DNA of 48,544 nucleotides from Chiloscyllium plagiosum. Taxonomy: Eukaryota. The translations under genes were made by a program, and so were the position numbers. The stretch is taken from positions 72,392,312-72,440,855 of the forward strand of contig NC_057711.1 in the NCBI RefSeq assembly GCF_004010195.1, read 5' to 3'. Below are positions 47,276 to 48,544 of this stretch, piece after piece; the stretch's first letter is position 1; the number at the start of each line of letters is the position of its first letter. A model generated the notes under the pieces. That model worked only from the letters and a program-made list of their open reading frames with translations. It was not told where the DNA came from and searched no databases.

Positions 47276-47466
47276 ACATTCTTTATGAACTGGGCTGATT
47301 GACTTTTTAACTCCTTCAGACCAGATTAAGTAAAGATTCTTTAATTGGTTTGGAGGGGCCCAGAACATGTGTTAAATGCTAGAGGGGGTTGTGGTGAAAC
47401 AAAATAAAAACTGGACATGTGGAAGTGATGCTCCATCTCTATTGCAGCTAAGAACCAGGGCGTTCT

Positions 47467-47546
47467 GAGAGAGGGAGAGTGTGTGCAAGTGAGAGTGTGT
47501 GTCTGTGAGTGAGAGAGACAGAGAGAAAGGGAGAGAGAGAGAGAGT
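47467..47546. repeat. Imperfect (GA)n/(GT)n microsatellite
   Basis: Direct inspection. Confidence 0.85.
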
Positions 47547-47919
47547 ATGATGCCTCCTGTTTGATGTTTGGGCCTAGGATAGTTATAGCCTCCTATTTTA
47601 CATAGGGCCAAGAGTGGATATTGCTCCCTATTTTACATTATCTGGAAGGAGAAAAAGGACGTACTCACAGGAACACAACGCACAAAACTCGAGATAGAGG
47701 CTGGAAAAATGTACCCAATATCCTGATGAACACCTATGTGTGCTGTTGCCTCACACTGTGCGTAGACCCTGAGAATGCAGGCACAATGTTACTGTATGGT
47801 GGAGTTTGACCTTTCCCAGTGTTGTGAAGAATGGATTTAGTGACATTTCTGCAAGGAATATGGACCATTCCATGCCACTTGTTCCTTATAGAGAGGTTTT
47901 GTAAATAACAACAATTTTA

Positions 47920-48037
47920 GCACTCTTGTGGTGCAGTGGTAGTGTCCCTACCTCTGAGCCAGAGGCCAAGATTCGGGTCCAACCTGCTTCAGAGGTGCAC
48001 AATAATGTCTCTGAACAGGTTGATTAGAAAATATCCA
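47920..48037 (+). mobile_element. Short tRNA-derived SINE
   Basis: A-box TGGTGCAGTGG and decayed B-box GATTCGGGTCC at tRNA-like spacing; interrupts the Tx1 relic. Confidence 0.65.
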
Positions 48038-48154
48038 GATAAACACTTTGGACCACAATTCCATGAGGCAGTCGTCAACATGTTTCATCAGGGCAGACTT
48101 GTGAATCTGAGTTAGTAAGTTTGTGGGATCATCTATTTTTGATTAGTTCATGAA

Positions 48155-48544
48155 GTTTGGGGTGGGGAGGGAAATATATCCTTGGTGGTGGGGTCCATTT
48201 GGAGGTGGTGGAAATGACGAAGGATGATCCGATGTATCTGGAGGTTGGTGGGGTGGTAGGTGAGGACTAGTGGGGTTCTGTCCTGGTGGCCTTTGGAGGG
48301 GCGGGGTTCAAGGGCGGAAGAGCGGGAAGTGGAGGAGATGTGGTGGAGAGCATCGTCAACCACGTCTGAGGGGAAATTGCGGTCTTTGAAGAAGGAGGCC
48401 ATCTGGGTTGTTCGGTATTGGAATTGGTCCTCTTGGGAGCAGATGCGGCGGAGACGAAGAAATTGGGAATATGGGATGGTGTTTTTACAGGGGGCAGGGT
48501 GGGAAGAGGTGTAATCTAGGTAGCTGTGGGAGTCAGTCGGTTTA
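48155..48544 (-). mobile_element. Penelope-like (Neptune-type) RT thumb/linker fragment, runs off the window
   Basis: KPTDSHSYLDYTSSHP..CKNTIPYSQFLRLRRICS...FKDRNFP...PLVLTYHP; open frame over about 390 bp. Confidence 0.93.

Larger units (their letters stand above)
43030..48140 (+). mobile_element. Old Tx1-like (L1 clade) LINE ORF2 relic, fragmented by later insertions (ORF1 remains may extend left to about 42430)
   Basis: KVKADLLSLQ (EN start), IKGNINRFFILKGVQ, LDELIKAL.SFEKSK, MDVLYKVGSGEGICN, GIRVVTIP, IWFGG-like segment, GWKNVPNILMNTYVCCCLTLCVDP; collinear but very decayed. Confidence 0.75.

Noticed and set aside
1..48544. Host protein-coding genes among the listed ORFs
   Set aside because: All recognisable peptides are transposon-derived; the rest are short antisense or low-information ORFs with no motif I can identify.

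Overview
Vertebrate non-genic DNA, almost certainly elasmobranch (shark/ray): it carries several HE1-type tRNA-derived SINEs and their CR1 (HER1-like) partner LINEs with (TCTATGAC)n tails. I found no recognisable host protein-coding gene, rRNA, true tRNA or CRISPR array; the ORFs in the supplied track are transposon fragments, antisense shadows of them or short unrecognisable ORFs. The window is a deeply nested transposon landscape. It holds a decayed Gypsy provirus with both LTRs (1625-6102) and many CR1 fragments. A near-full-length CR1 (about 30230-42412) hosts a second CR1 and a full-length L1 (33456-40408) with an internal inversion and four insertions of its own. There is an old Tx1-like LINE (about 43030-48140), PIF/Harbinger transposase and Myb/SANT relics, L2 tails and a pogo/Tigger-like MITE. 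The most interesting signal is a set of about ten Penelope-like (PLE) insertions, mostly 95-250 bp and often fold-back. Most carry a minimal hammerhead-ribozyme core and most have clean 8-16 bp target-site duplications. PLE hammerheads are known in general; what deserves testing is whether the tiny ribozyme-only copies here are an independently amplifying family. Family names come from motif recognition by eye, not database searches; boundaries without a TSD are approximate.
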